Shown: piece by piece, positions 12,401-23,624 of the stretch
Position numbering within the stretch: position 1 is the first letter of the stretch
Layout: the number at the start of each line of letters is the position of its first letter
Source of the DNA: Ostrea edulis
Taxonomy: Eukaryota
Assembly (NCBI RefSeq): GCF_947568905.1
Contig: NC_079165.1
Coordinates: 28,830,001 to 28,894,000 of the forward strand
Length of the DNA: 64,000 nt
Direction of reading: 5' to 3'
Notes under the pieces: generated by a model
Told to the model about the DNA's origin: nothing
Seen by the model: the letters and a program-made list of their open reading frames with translations, nothing else
Database searches by the model: none
Translations under genes and position numbers: made by a program

Positions 12401-15400
12401 ACAGGTGCTGTAGTATATAAAAATGTGTACATAAATATTTACATTTACCTGTAAAATGTACACAGATATATAAAAATGTGTACATAAATATTAAACGTAC
12501 ACAGGTATATAAAAATGAGTACATAAATATTTACATTTACCTGTAAAATGTACACAGATATATAAAAATGTGTACATAAATATTAAACGTACACAGGTAT
12601 ATAAAAATGAGTACATAAATATTTACATTTACATGTAAAACGTACACATATATATAATAAATGTGCACATAAATATTTTCATTTAGTAATACCTGTTAAA
12701 CATACACAGATATATAGGAAATAAATTTCATTTTTGAAAATGTATGAAGGTATGAACTGCGACACTTCATGTTGGCGTACTTTTCATGAGGGTATGAACT
12801 GCGACACTTCATGTTGGCGTACTTTTCATGAGGGTATGAACTGCGACACTTCATGTTGGCGTACTTTTCATGTGGGGCTAATGTGAAGCGTTGCAGTTCA
12901 TATCTTCATGTATTTTCAAAAATGAAGTTTATTTTTTATATAACAGAAAGGGAGAAAATGCAATGCACCAGACCAGGATTTGGATCCGGCTGGTTGTATT
13001 GTTCCCTTCCTGTTACATTTGGTGCTGTAGACCAGCCCCTGGAACTGACAGGTGATAATACCTGTCCGGAATAAAGATCCTGGGTTGATGTCTTCAAGGT
13101 GTGATGACATTTAAGGAGGGAGGAATGTGGCGGACTGACAGGTTTGATAGCTGGTGACCAGATAACTCAGTTAGCACCTGCCTACAGATTCAGGGGGCCG
13201 GGGTTCGAATCCTGAATTGGTCTATTGTATTTTCTCCCTTCCTGTTACACTCACTGTCACATTTACATTTTACTTTCATTTCTGTCTAAATTCCCATTGA
13301 AATAAATGTACTATATTTATTTGTATTCATAAGCACATATTGTTTACAACTGCAATGCATTCATGAGGAAATGGGTATCATTACAATATTTAGAATATCA
13401 AAGCCAAAAAAGTTGGAAACTCTAAATACAGTGAAACATACTTATAATGAACACACTTATAATGAATTCATGCTTATAACGAATCCATGCTTATTGCGCT
13501 GTGATATTTATTCCCTTATGAAAGGAATATAACAAAAATTTTATTGCTGGTCCTGAAAGCCTGCTATAGTCATGTTTTATACTTGTATAATAAAATTTGG
13601 TTATAACAAACTTTTGCTGATCCTGGAGGCTTAATTACTATAACCGTGTTTTACTGTATAATGAAGTTCAGTGATAACAAACTGTTTTTGCTGGCCCTGG
13701 AGGTTCGCTATAACCATATTTTACTGTATATGGTATATAAATACCAAAATTAACAAGGCTGACGATGACCTATCAAAGTTTTAACTTTGACTTTTACTTA
13801 ACTAAACAGTATGGTCAGGCTAAAGGCTATAAACGCAGACAGGCCAAAGCAACATAACTCTTAGTCTTCTAGCCTTGGGCTATTTCAAATGCTATTTAAT
13901 TGACTGATGGAAAATGAAAAGGGAATTTAAGAACAAACGGATTCTTAATACAGGTAAAAAAGTATTGAACATACCCTCCAGTCTCTCTTTCAGAGCGTTG
14001 TGGAAGTATTTTTCTAGATTAGCTCTGTTGAGTCGGAAGCTGTTTACAGATATGCTTGTGGCCGAATTCTTTATCTTGCTCTCGATAATGGATCGAATCA
14101 CAGAGTCATATCCTGTATCAAACTCGCTGTGTAAAGTCCCGATCTCCGATTTTCTGCTCAATAAAGAAACCATACAATAACTACACATCAATGACAAAAT
14201 GAATTGAGGGGTTATAATAATTAATTACTCAAGAATTATAAATTCTGAAATAATAGCATCAGACAGGTTAGTTCTATCACATAAAACTGTTTAAATGCAT
14301 TGTGGTTGAAGTAAAACATGCACATACACATTTTTATTCTCATGCTACACCCCATTGTGTTTTCAATGAATGGGACTTCAAATTCACCTGAGAACATGCA
14401 CATTTTTATTCTCACGCTACACCCCATTGTTGTTTTTTATGAATGGGACTTTGAACTTACCTGAGAAAGTACTGCACGTGGTACACAATATCGATACTCA
14501 TTTTATCTGCTGTAAACACACCATGTGACTTGGTGATGATGTGTGCACTGCGGGGAAATGTCAGGAAAGCCGTGCTGGGACCGAGAATGTAACATCCAAA
14601 TTCGTATACAGTGGACCGGTCTACAACACCCGTCACTTTGTCGTACTTCAAGGCGTACTGAAATAGTAAGGCGATACTTCGGTGACTTCTGGATGTACTG
14701 TAATACATATATTTATACTGCAGTCACAGCGTTCGCTTCGTAACCAGGAGATTGTGAGATCAATGTAAACATAAGTACACTGATAGCGCAGTGGTAGAGC
14801 GGTCCCTTCGTAATCAGGAGGTCGTGAGTTCAAGCCCTGCTCATGCCATGGCTGTGTCAAGCCTAAGACGTAAACATAAGTAGTGATTGCTCCTTCGCCA
14901 AATGCTCGACATTTAGAAGTGAATATCACAGGTCTTTCAGATGTGACCTTAAAAATGGAGATCCTGGTGTTGGTATATTACAGAGCCCTCAATGCTATGG
15001 GTCGGAATGCTAAGCATAGGTCTAAGTCTACAACTGCTGATGTCTCAATATGAGAGAAAATATTTCAAAGGGATGTAAAACAAACACTGCTGTCTGACTG
15101 TCACACTTTAGGACAGTATAATAACAAAACCATACTGCTGTCACACTTCAGCACATTTAAGAACTGAATTTTTTTTTTTACATATTTACATTCTACTTTC
15201 ATTTCTGTTGGAATTCCCAGCTATTAACTTAAAATAGACATACTGTATAAAGATCATGTACAGTAAAACACGATTATAGCCAGTGAAAAATAGTTCATCA
15301 TATAAACGAAACTCCACTATACAGTAAAACACAGTCACAACAAACCTCCAGGGCCAGCAAAAAACAGTTTGTTATAACAAACTCCATTACAGTAAAACAC

Positions 15401-18400
15401 GGTTATAGAATACCTCCAGGGCCAGTGAAAAATAGTTCATCATATAAACGAAACTTCATTATACAGTAAAACACGGTTATAGAATACCTCCAGGTCCAGT
15501 GAAAAACAATTTGTTATAACCAAACTTCATTATATGCAATAAAATGTTCATTATTTTCCTCTCCTATGGGTATAAATATCATTTCACATTAAGCATGAAT
15601 TTGTTATTAACGTGTTCGTTATAAGTGAGTTCTACTGTAAGACAAGGTGTTACACACTCGGGTACTCATACATCTCTGAAACAAAGGCTTCATAGGTGAC
15701 AACAAGAGGCCCACGGGTCACATCACTCATCTGACAACAAAAAGCATTAGACTTAGTTATTCATAATTCAAAGTTTTTAATAAAAACTGGAGGCAGCCAT
15801 TGTCATTGATTCAAAACCATCAATTACCCCCCCCCCCCCTCCTCCCTTTGAACTTTTCTCCACCAAGTTTTCCTTTGGCAGCTTAAATTCAGCTGATTCA
15901 GAATTTAAGTTCACCATTTCAACTCTATAGCTTACTGAAAGCCCTGCATGTAAATGTACGAACCTCATGATAATCCAAATAGACAAAGCTGCTGGGAAAC
16001 AGACCCAGGAACACAATGGCTGCTATTGATGAAATCACTACAGCGATGATACATATTTTCTGTCGTGGAGTCAGGTCCCTGTTTTTGGTAATAAACCTCC
16101 ACAGCCTTTTGAAAAATCCACACACTGCTGCACAGCAGGGGTTGGTGCATTTTATATTCTCTTTTCGTTCTTCACTTTTAAACAATGCAATAAAATCAAT
16201 GTTTTCCGGGTCAGGAATCATGTCAACATGAGAAAACTTATCTAATTTACACACAAAAATTCAAAGTTTATGGGTCCTGTTTTACAAAAGAGCTTACAAC
16301 TAAGACTAAAAATGTTACGTACAAATTTTACAAACATTTTAACTTAAACAATTTTGTGAGACTATACTCATTTAAAAGCACATAACTAAAATCTTAATAT
16401 TCACATTCAAATCACAATTTCATCAATGCAAAGAATGAAATAAATTGCAATTTTAAAGAAGATTTTGATCTTATAGTTGTATCATAAAGTTTGATCATTA
16501 GTTTTGGAGTAAAATCAATTTCAACTGATATCAGACTGATGAAAACGACATAATTATATTAGATATAAATGTATTTGACAAACAATCCTTAACTTGTGGT
16601 TTTGACATTAATGAATTCATTCTGATGCCTCTTCTTTGACTTCTAAGAGCAATACTGTATACATGGTTGTATTTGTATTTCTGTGCTTGCAGACAATTTT
16701 GCCTTATTTATTTGCCAAGACACTTTATAAAAAAGATAAGCTCGAAAAGTTTTGCCCAGTCTTAGATTTGACCACTGAAAATGAGGGCGAAAGGGGCAAA
16801 AATTAAAAAGGGGGTGGGGCAGGGGCAGGTCGAATATTTCCCTGTATACAACTTAGTAAATTAAAAAAGCTATTAAAACACTTGAGAGTAAATGTAAATA
16901 TGTCGGACTTAGGCATACCTGTCCTCAGTGTGAGGCCTCCCTTCCTCCAAACTCCTGAGTTGTTCCAATGTACTCTGTGAGGACCTCCTCTTTAGTAGAA
17001 GTTCTTTCTTCTCCTCTAACCCGGGGTCCTCCTCTGCCTTGTCTCTCTGTCCTTTGTCCATCACTGAGGCGATCGGTGGAATGGATTTCCCCATCAGTGT
17101 TGTATCTTCCCTCAGCTGGTCGGGTATTCTGTCTTCTAGCTGGGAGTCCTTTGTGTGGATCTTGTTGAGAGAGGACATCCGTTTTGTCAGGAGTGGGGGA
17201 AGGGCTCGTGTCTCTTTGGTTTCTCTAGTACTCGGAATTTCTTCTTCTATGAAGGCTGCTGTTGGTAGTTGAGGGGGCGGAACCTCAGGATCTGGGATCT
17301 CCTTACCTGATAATGAAATAAAATCCACAGTCAGGAGGCAACTACTATATATATATAGTGTTCATTACTGTAATTTATAAATTCATGGGAAAATATTTCA
17401 AGACTTTCTTCAACATTTGCTATACAATCAAAACCTTTTCCCCACATTACTGGTAAAAATACCAGATATCTGTATATCTGCATAAAGTTAATTTAATAAG
17501 TTGAAACCATGTTTGGTTAATTACTATAAACTGAAAATCATTTATTCAGTAAGTAAAAATTTTTCAAATTTGCATACATCTAATCTTTTAGATATTTTCT
17601 CGAAAAGTTGTGCATTTCTATGCCAAGTATGATTTGATACATCAATAAAGTTTTCATGAACGTCGCTTAAGATTTACAGATTCAAGTTTGAAAGCAGTCA
17701 TAGTAAATCAAAGAAAATCCTTACCAGTCATGGCCTCTATGACCTCTTTCTCCCTGATCTTTTTCTTCCTTTTCTTGGATTTTTTCTTTGCCTTCTGCCA
17801 CAGCGACTCCTCCTGTCCAGCTAGCTCGTCCGCCCCCTCCATCTCTCTGGGACTGGTCTCTCTGCGTTTCTTCTTTGACTTCTTTACCGTCCCCTCAGCC
17901 TTTTCCTCCATTTCCTTGGGCATCTGCATCAAGAGATGGGTCTTACCATTGGTCAGTAGGCGACCCTCACCATTGGTCAGTAGATGGCCCTCACCACTGG
18001 TCAGTAGTTGATCCTCGCTAGTGACCGGGAGGGAATCCACACGGACAACTTCCCTCTCTTTCTTTCTTTGTGACCGTTCTGGAGAACCCTGCCCCTCACT
18101 GATATCAATTATTATATCCCCCTGATTTTCGACCGTCTGAGATATTTTTTGCATGTCTGCTTCACTGGTTTTTCTCATAAGGCTCTGTCATGAACAATTA
18201 TTCAGCATTAAAATCAAAATGTATTACAGAAATTATCTACCTCCAAATGCAAATCAAACAGTTCCACAGTTTCATCAAATACAGTCAAACCTCGTTATCT
18301 CAAACTTGATGGGACTGAGAAAAAAACAGGAGATATCCAAGGATTTGAAAGAATAAGGGTAAAATATTTAATGAATAAGTGGTTGGGACTTCTGAATCAC

Positions 18401-20647
18401 TTCGACATATCCATGGAATTCAAGATATCAGTGTTTGAGATATCAGTGTTTGAGATATCAGTGTTTGAGATATCAGTGTTTGAGATATCAGTGTTTGAGA
18501 TATCAGTGTTTGAGATATCAGTGTTTGAGATATCAGTGTTTGAGATATCAGTGTTTGAGATATCAGTGTTTGAGATATCAGTGTTTGAGATACAGAAGTT
18601 CAACTGTAAGTCCAATATCTACCTTTTTCTTTTTCTTTTTCCTTGACCTGATCGGGGAATCTTCTTCTCCTGCGGGCCCTATCGATGTCTCCCCACTTTT
18701 GTCCTCAGTCATCTTATGGTCAGAACTTTTCACCAGGATCTGCAGGGAAGACTACGAACAGAATTCCTAGCTTTATTATAGAGTCTATCTATAAGTCACT
18801 GAATGTAAGATAGAGTCTATCTATAAGTCACTGAATGTAAGATAGAGTCTTCCTATAAGCCACTGAATGTAAGAATTTTTTTGATTTACCATTTCTACAT
18901 CCTCTGTGGGTTCTGGCTTAGTGTTAATCCGTAGTTCTTCTCCATCTCTGAAATGATTCAAAAATCAAAATCTGGCAAAAAGAAAACAAAGACGCCACAA
19001 AGCAGGACTAATTCCCCCATAATATCCGGATAAAACAACATATTTCCAAAAGGGCTTCCAATGATCTTGTCTTTAAAATCTAAAACATAAGGTGGCATAT
19101 TTCTGTCACCACTAGTCAAATAATTATGTCGATGTGTCAGATAATTATGTCGATGTGTCAGATAATTATGTTGACATGTCAGATAATTATGTCAACTTTT
19201 CAGTTAATCATGTTGACTTGTCATAAAAAAAAACCCTGAAAGAAATTGTCCTTTAAAATCTAATTAACAATGCTTGTATTGGACAACATTCTTATGTTTA
19301 ATTACATGCAACAATTAAAAACAGAGTACACTCAAAGTCTTGCACATATAGAATTTAGGCCTATTGAAGTTGCTTATATTGAATGAACTGTTATATGGAA
19401 GTAAAGATAAATCATTTATATGATGATGATCAGTAACATTGAACAATACATGTATTCCTATTACAGTCTACTCCACTTATACTGAAGTCACTTATATTGA
19501 ACTATCTGTTATATTGAACTAACTATTGTATTGAAGTAAAAATAAATCACCAGTAATATTATATACACATAGATCAACATCAGTTATATTGACTTTGAAA
19601 ACTGCCACAGTGTTCTAGAGGTTAGAGCGTTCGCCCCGCATGAAGAAAACTGGGGTTCGAATCCCCGCCGCGACAGACCTAAGTCGTTAAAAGAGGTATG
19701 GTGACAGTTCCATCACCAAATGCTCGGCATCAGGTGTGAATGTCACGGGACCTCAGAGATGACCTTAAAAATGGATGTCCTGTGTCACAGTAGGTGTGGA
19801 ACGCTATATAAAGAACCCTGACTGCTCAATGGCCGTAAGCGTCGAGCAAAAACCTATATTGGAAGTCCTTCACAGGTTTTGGTGATGTCTCCATTCAAGT
19901 GAAAAATTCTTGAGAGGGATGTTAAACAAGATACAATCAATCATATTGACTTAATTTGGATCGATATGATGAACAATTCAATAGTTGGTCCCCTGAATTT
20001 CAATATATCCGGAGTATACTGTATTTATCCCTCTCTATCTCATAAAATAATTGCCCGTGTAGTACAAATGGCACTGCAACTTACTTTTTGTGGCTCTTTT
20101 TCCGTTTAAGTTTGCGTTTATTCTTCCCCAGGAACACTGTTTCCTGGGGGGCTGCGGTGTTACCCTCTCCAGCGTGGGTGGGGCCTGCATCCTCAGCCTC
20201 ATTGCTGTCAAAAGAAAGACACTTGACAATAACAGAAACTATCAAATTAAATCTCCTGGCAGACCAGTTGTAATTAGATTTTGTACAATGCTGGACTGCA
20301 GGTCCAATCATCAAACACATTAAGCCTGGAAAGAGCTCAATGCACATTATGGAGACTTGATACAATAACAAACTAAAATTGGATGTAAGTGGTGATGTAT
20401 ACATTTTGCCTTCGTGTGGTTGTAATGAATATAAATACAAAATATCCCATGGAGATCCAGGTTAGATTAGGTCCTTAGTACCCCTTGCTTGTCGTAAGAT
20501 GCGACTAAATGGGGTGCAGGTCCTAAAAGGATGAGACCGCAAAAACCGAGGCCCTGTGTCTAGCAGGTGTGGCACCATGAAGATCCCTCCCTGCTCAATG
20601 GCCGTAAGTGATGAGCATAGGTCTAAAGTTTGGAGCCCCTCACCAGC

Positions 20648-20680
<33 letters not shown>

Positions 20681-23559
20681 TGAGTGGGATGTCAAACAAT
20701 ATAAAATCAACCAACCAACAAATATGAAATTCCTAAAGAATAAGGGACTTTGAAATTTTCATTGATATGTTCTAAAGTTGAAATGAATTATCCTCTCAGT
20801 ATATCTCTCTACAAACTTTCCCCACTATTTTGGACATATTGAGAGTATAAATTACATTCTTTCAAAGCACCTGATCCCGCCTCTGGTATGTCCAGGGGTC
20901 CGTGTTTGCCCTTCTCTTATAATTTCCTATTCTTTGTGGGATTTATGAGATCGATTGTTGTTTGTTATCTTCACTTATTCCTAAGTGTTCATTTACTTAC
21001 AAAAACATAAATCAAGTTTTCATTTTCATCATTTTTCAAAAGGTAATTTATATGTAGCTAGTGTCGTCAATAAACTCAGATGATCGGTGAATCACTCTAT
21101 ATATGTCATGTATCCTCTCCTTATATACACAAGTGTTGGTAATCTACATTCTATCTCATTGGATGACTGTAATCTACACTCTATCTCATTGGATGACTGT
21201 AATCTACACTCATTGGATGACTGTAATCTACACTCATTGGATGACTGTAATCTACACTCATTGGATGACTGTAATCTACACTCACTGGATGACTATAATC
21301 TACACTCTATCTCACTGGATGACTGTAATCTACACTCACTGGATGACTATAATCTACACTCTATCTCACTGGATGACTGTAATCTACACTCTATTTCATT
21401 GAATGACCAGAATCTACATTCTATCTCATTGGACGACTGGAGTCTACATTTTATCTCATTGGACGACTGTAATCTACATTCTAACTCATCAGATGACTGG
21501 AATCTATATTCTATCTCATTGGACGACTGGAGTCTACATTCTATCTCATTGAACGACTGTAATCTACATTCTAACTCATCAGACGACTGGAATCTATATT
21601 CTATCTCATTGGACGACTGGAGTCTACATTCTATCTCATTGAACGACTGTAATCTACATTCTAACTCATCAGATGACTGGAATCTATATTCTATCTCATT
21701 GGACAACAGACTTTGGGACAGGTATACTGGTGTGTCCATTACTAGATTTTCCAAGTTACTAAACAGGGGCACAGAAAAACTGAAATAATGGCAGTCAATA
21801 GCACATGATGCCTTATATATTTACTTACTATCACACACATGCACAAACAATCCCTCATATCAGACATTTAAAATCCCTCATATCACACACTTACATCCCT
21901 TATATCACACACTTACAATCCCTTATATCACACACTTACAATCCCTTAATATATCACACACTTATAATCCCTTAAACCACACACTTACAATCCCTTAATA
22001 TATCACACACTTATAATCCCTTAAACCACACACTTACAATCCCTTATATCACATACTTACAATTCCTTATATCACACACTTACAATCCCTTATATCACAC
22101 ACACACTGACAATCCATTATATCACACACTTACATCCATTATACCACACACTTATAATCCCTTATATCACACACACACTGACAATCCATTATATCACACC
22201 CTTACAATCCCTTATATCACACACACACTTATAATCCCTTATATCACACACTTACATCCCTTATATCACACACACACTGACAATCCATTATATCACACAC
22301 TTGCATCCCTTATATCACACACTTAAATCCCTTATATCACACACACACTGACAATCCATTATATCACACACTTGCATCCCTTATATCACACACTTACAAC
22401 CCTTATATCACACACACACTGACAATCCCTTATATCACACACTTATAATCCCTCATATCACACACTTACATCCCTTATATCACACACTTACATCCATTAT
22501 ACCACACACTTATAATCCCTTATATCACACACTTACATCCCTTATATCACACACTTACAATTCCTTATATCACACACTTACAATCCCTTATATATCACAC
22601 ACACTGACAATCCATTATATCACACACTTACATCCATTATACCACACACTTATAATCCCTTATATCACACACACACTGACAATCCATTATATCACACCCT
22701 TACAATCCCTTATATCACACACACACTTATAATCCCTTATATCACACACTTACATCCCTTATATCACACACACACTGACAATCCATTATATCACACACTT
22801 GCATCCCTTATATCACACACTTACATCCCTTATATCACACACACACTGACAATCCATTATATCACACACTTGCATCCCTTATATCACACACTTACATCCC
22901 TTATATCACACACACACACTGACAATCCCTTATATCACACACTTATAATCCCTCATATCACACACTTACATCCCTTATATCACACACTTACATCCATTAT
23001 ACCACACACTTATAATCCCTTATATCACACACTTACATCCCTTATATCACACACTTACATCCCTTATATCACACACACACTGACAATCCATTATATCACA
23101 CACTTACATCCCTTATATCACACACACACTGACAATCCCTTATATCACACACTTATAATCCCTCATATCACACACTTACATCCCTTATATCACACACTTA
23201 CATCCCTTATATCACACACACACACTGACAATCCATTATATCACACACTTACAATCCCTTGAAGCCCAGGGCGACTGCCTCCTCATACGTTGGTAGCGCT
23301 GCATCGGGATAAACAGGCTCGGGGTGAACAAAACTATCTTCCTTTTGTTCTACAAGTCAACATATTACTTTACATGAATATCCTCTCTGGATTAAAGTTA
23401 TTTTTTCTTGTATTAGACTTGAAACTCACAATTTCAGTAGATCTTACTAAGCTGGGAGAACTTCGTAGCATATACCTTCATACAGAAGTCTAAGAGCTTG
23501 GCGATCTAGTGGAGCTATAGCCATTAAGGTCTTACTCGGATTTCTGTCATGAACTTCAT
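9463..23559 (-). CDS. SPFH/band-7 (prohibitin-like) domain single-pass membrane protein with long disordered N-terminus, at least 851 aa, 5' end unresolved. Exons (minus): 23559-23476, 23349-23253, 20204-20085, 18947-18890, 18739-18623, 18184-17725, 17306-16919, [16642-16594 tentative], 16236(or 16241)-15964, 14657-14461, 14153-13975, 12353-12175, 10318-10231, 9731-9463
   Basis: GT-AG junctions are phase-consistent throughout, except around 16919/16241, which needs the tentative micro-exon. TM ICIIAVVISSIAAIVFLGLFPSSF is followed by SPFH-like YLDYHEYALKYDKVTG..GCYILGP..FLTFP..IDIVYHVQYFLR..YFQLTKVKIP and an Ala/Glu coiled coil (AEAQKIQVIAEAEREA). Stop TAA 9463-9465; minus-strand AATAAA at 8890-8895. 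Linking the N-terminal exons to the SPFH exons as one gene is inference. Confidence 0.75.
10095..10275. repeat. ~60-bp triplication containing the 3' end and donor of SPFH exon 10318-10231
   Basis: Minus strand: cacaacgaag|gtatgag (10231), cacaacgaag|gtattag (10170), taatgaag|gtgcgag (10112). Confidence 0.8.
11040..11620. repeat. ~140-150-bp degenerate tandem units typical of Helentron-like central arrays
   Basis: Recurring tgaccttgacctttgaccttgaaaaacaataggcatcttcctctcatcatggtgatc, ~4 copies. The family assignment is from recalled bivalve repeats. Confidence 0.55.
11820..12135 (+). mobile_element. Non-autonomous Helentron/pearl (DINE-like) element
   Basis: 5' aagagcacccacaggccttatcggtcacctgag, (acag)n microsatellites, 3' short hairpin-like ...caccggtaggggactaataa. 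Confidence 0.6.
12354..12710. repeat. AT-rich tandem repeat abutting and copying the acceptor of SPFH exon 12353-12175
   Basis: Minus-strand units end in ttttacag|gtaaa, like the true ttttttcag|gtaac; ~5 copies. Confidence 0.7.
12745..12872. repeat. 42-bp tandem repeat x3 (gagggtatgaactgcgacacttcatgttggcgtacttttcat) within a dispersed MITE-like repeat
   Basis: 42-bp spacing at 12788/12830. Related single copies at ~39630-39685 and (inverted) ~51920-51980. Confidence 0.75.
12940..13249 (+). mobile_element. Putative miniature LTR retroelement (TRIM-like) with tRNA-like LTR
   Basis: LTR end cccttcctgttaca (13017), then PBS-like tggtgctgtagacc, ~100 bp internal, PPT aaggagggaggaa (13113-13125), and a TG...CA LTR at 13126-13249 ending in the same cccttcctgttaca. 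The 5' LTR is truncated and partly inverted. Confidence 0.5.
13425..13730. mobile_element. MITE, tacagt...actgta termini, same subterminal motif family as 2427-2957
   Basis: atacagtgaaacatacttataatg at the left; repeated ataaccgtgttttactgta at the right. Confidence 0.6.
14775..15090 (+). mobile_element. Decayed tRNA-derived Meta-type SINE
   Basis: A box agcgcagtggtagagc, B box gagttcaagccc, body similar to 19602 and 38057 (gaccttaaaa...tctcaatatgagagaaaatatttc...gtaaaacaa). Confidence 0.7.
15255..15640. mobile_element. MITE with repeated tacagtaaaacacggttatag units
   Basis: Inverse-orientation relative of 13425-13730; right end gttataagtgagttctactgta. Confidence 0.6.
18282..18606. mobile_element. 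Tc1/mariner-type MITE (TA TSD) with a 15-bp subterminal array (gagatatcagtgttt) x~11 at 18422-18592
   Basis: ta|cagtcaaacctcgttatctc ... gagatacagaagttcaactg|ta; imperfect 20-bp TIR. Confidence 0.75.
19602..19942 (+). mobile_element. Full-length Meta-type tRNA-SINE, inserted in an older MITE
   Basis: B box ggttcgaatccc, core gtcacagtaggtgtggaacgctatataaagaaccc, caat tail. atattgactt is duplicated at 19586-19595 and 19943-19952. Confidence 0.85.
20485..20715 (+). mobile_element. 5'-truncated Meta-type SINE
   Basis: gcaggtgtggcaccatgaaagatccctccctgctcaatggccgtaag...ccatatgagtgaaaaattcttgagtgggatgtcaaacaa. Confidence 0.8.
20863..20980 (+). mobile_element. 3' tail fragment of Naiad Penelope-like element
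   Basis: aagcacctgatcccgcctctggtatgtccaggggtccgtgtttgccc matches the tail at 49495-49610. Confidence 0.75.
21138..21705. repeat. Minisatellite with 27/33-bp related units (aatctacattctatctcattggatgactgt), ~17 copies
   Basis: Direct inspection. It explains repetitive ORFs 21087-21788, 21103-21402 and 21347-21772. Confidence 0.9.
21845..23257. repeat. 1.4-kb minisatellite, 22-28-bp unit (cacacacttacaatcccttatat), starting at the donor of SPFH exon 23349-23253
   Basis: Minus-strand unit gggatt|gtaagtgtgtgatataa is identical to the real junction aagggatt|gtaagtgtgtg; ~55-60 units. Confidence 0.9.
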
Positions 23560-23624
23560 CTGCATAAATCAAGTTACATCATTATTTCAGCAGACTCGTA
23601 ATACATGATATTCATATCAATTAA

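Noticed and set aside
18371-18770. Periodic ORFs (ISVFE)n, (RYQCL)n, (SNTDI)n
   Set aside because: Translations of the 15-bp MITE subterminal array.
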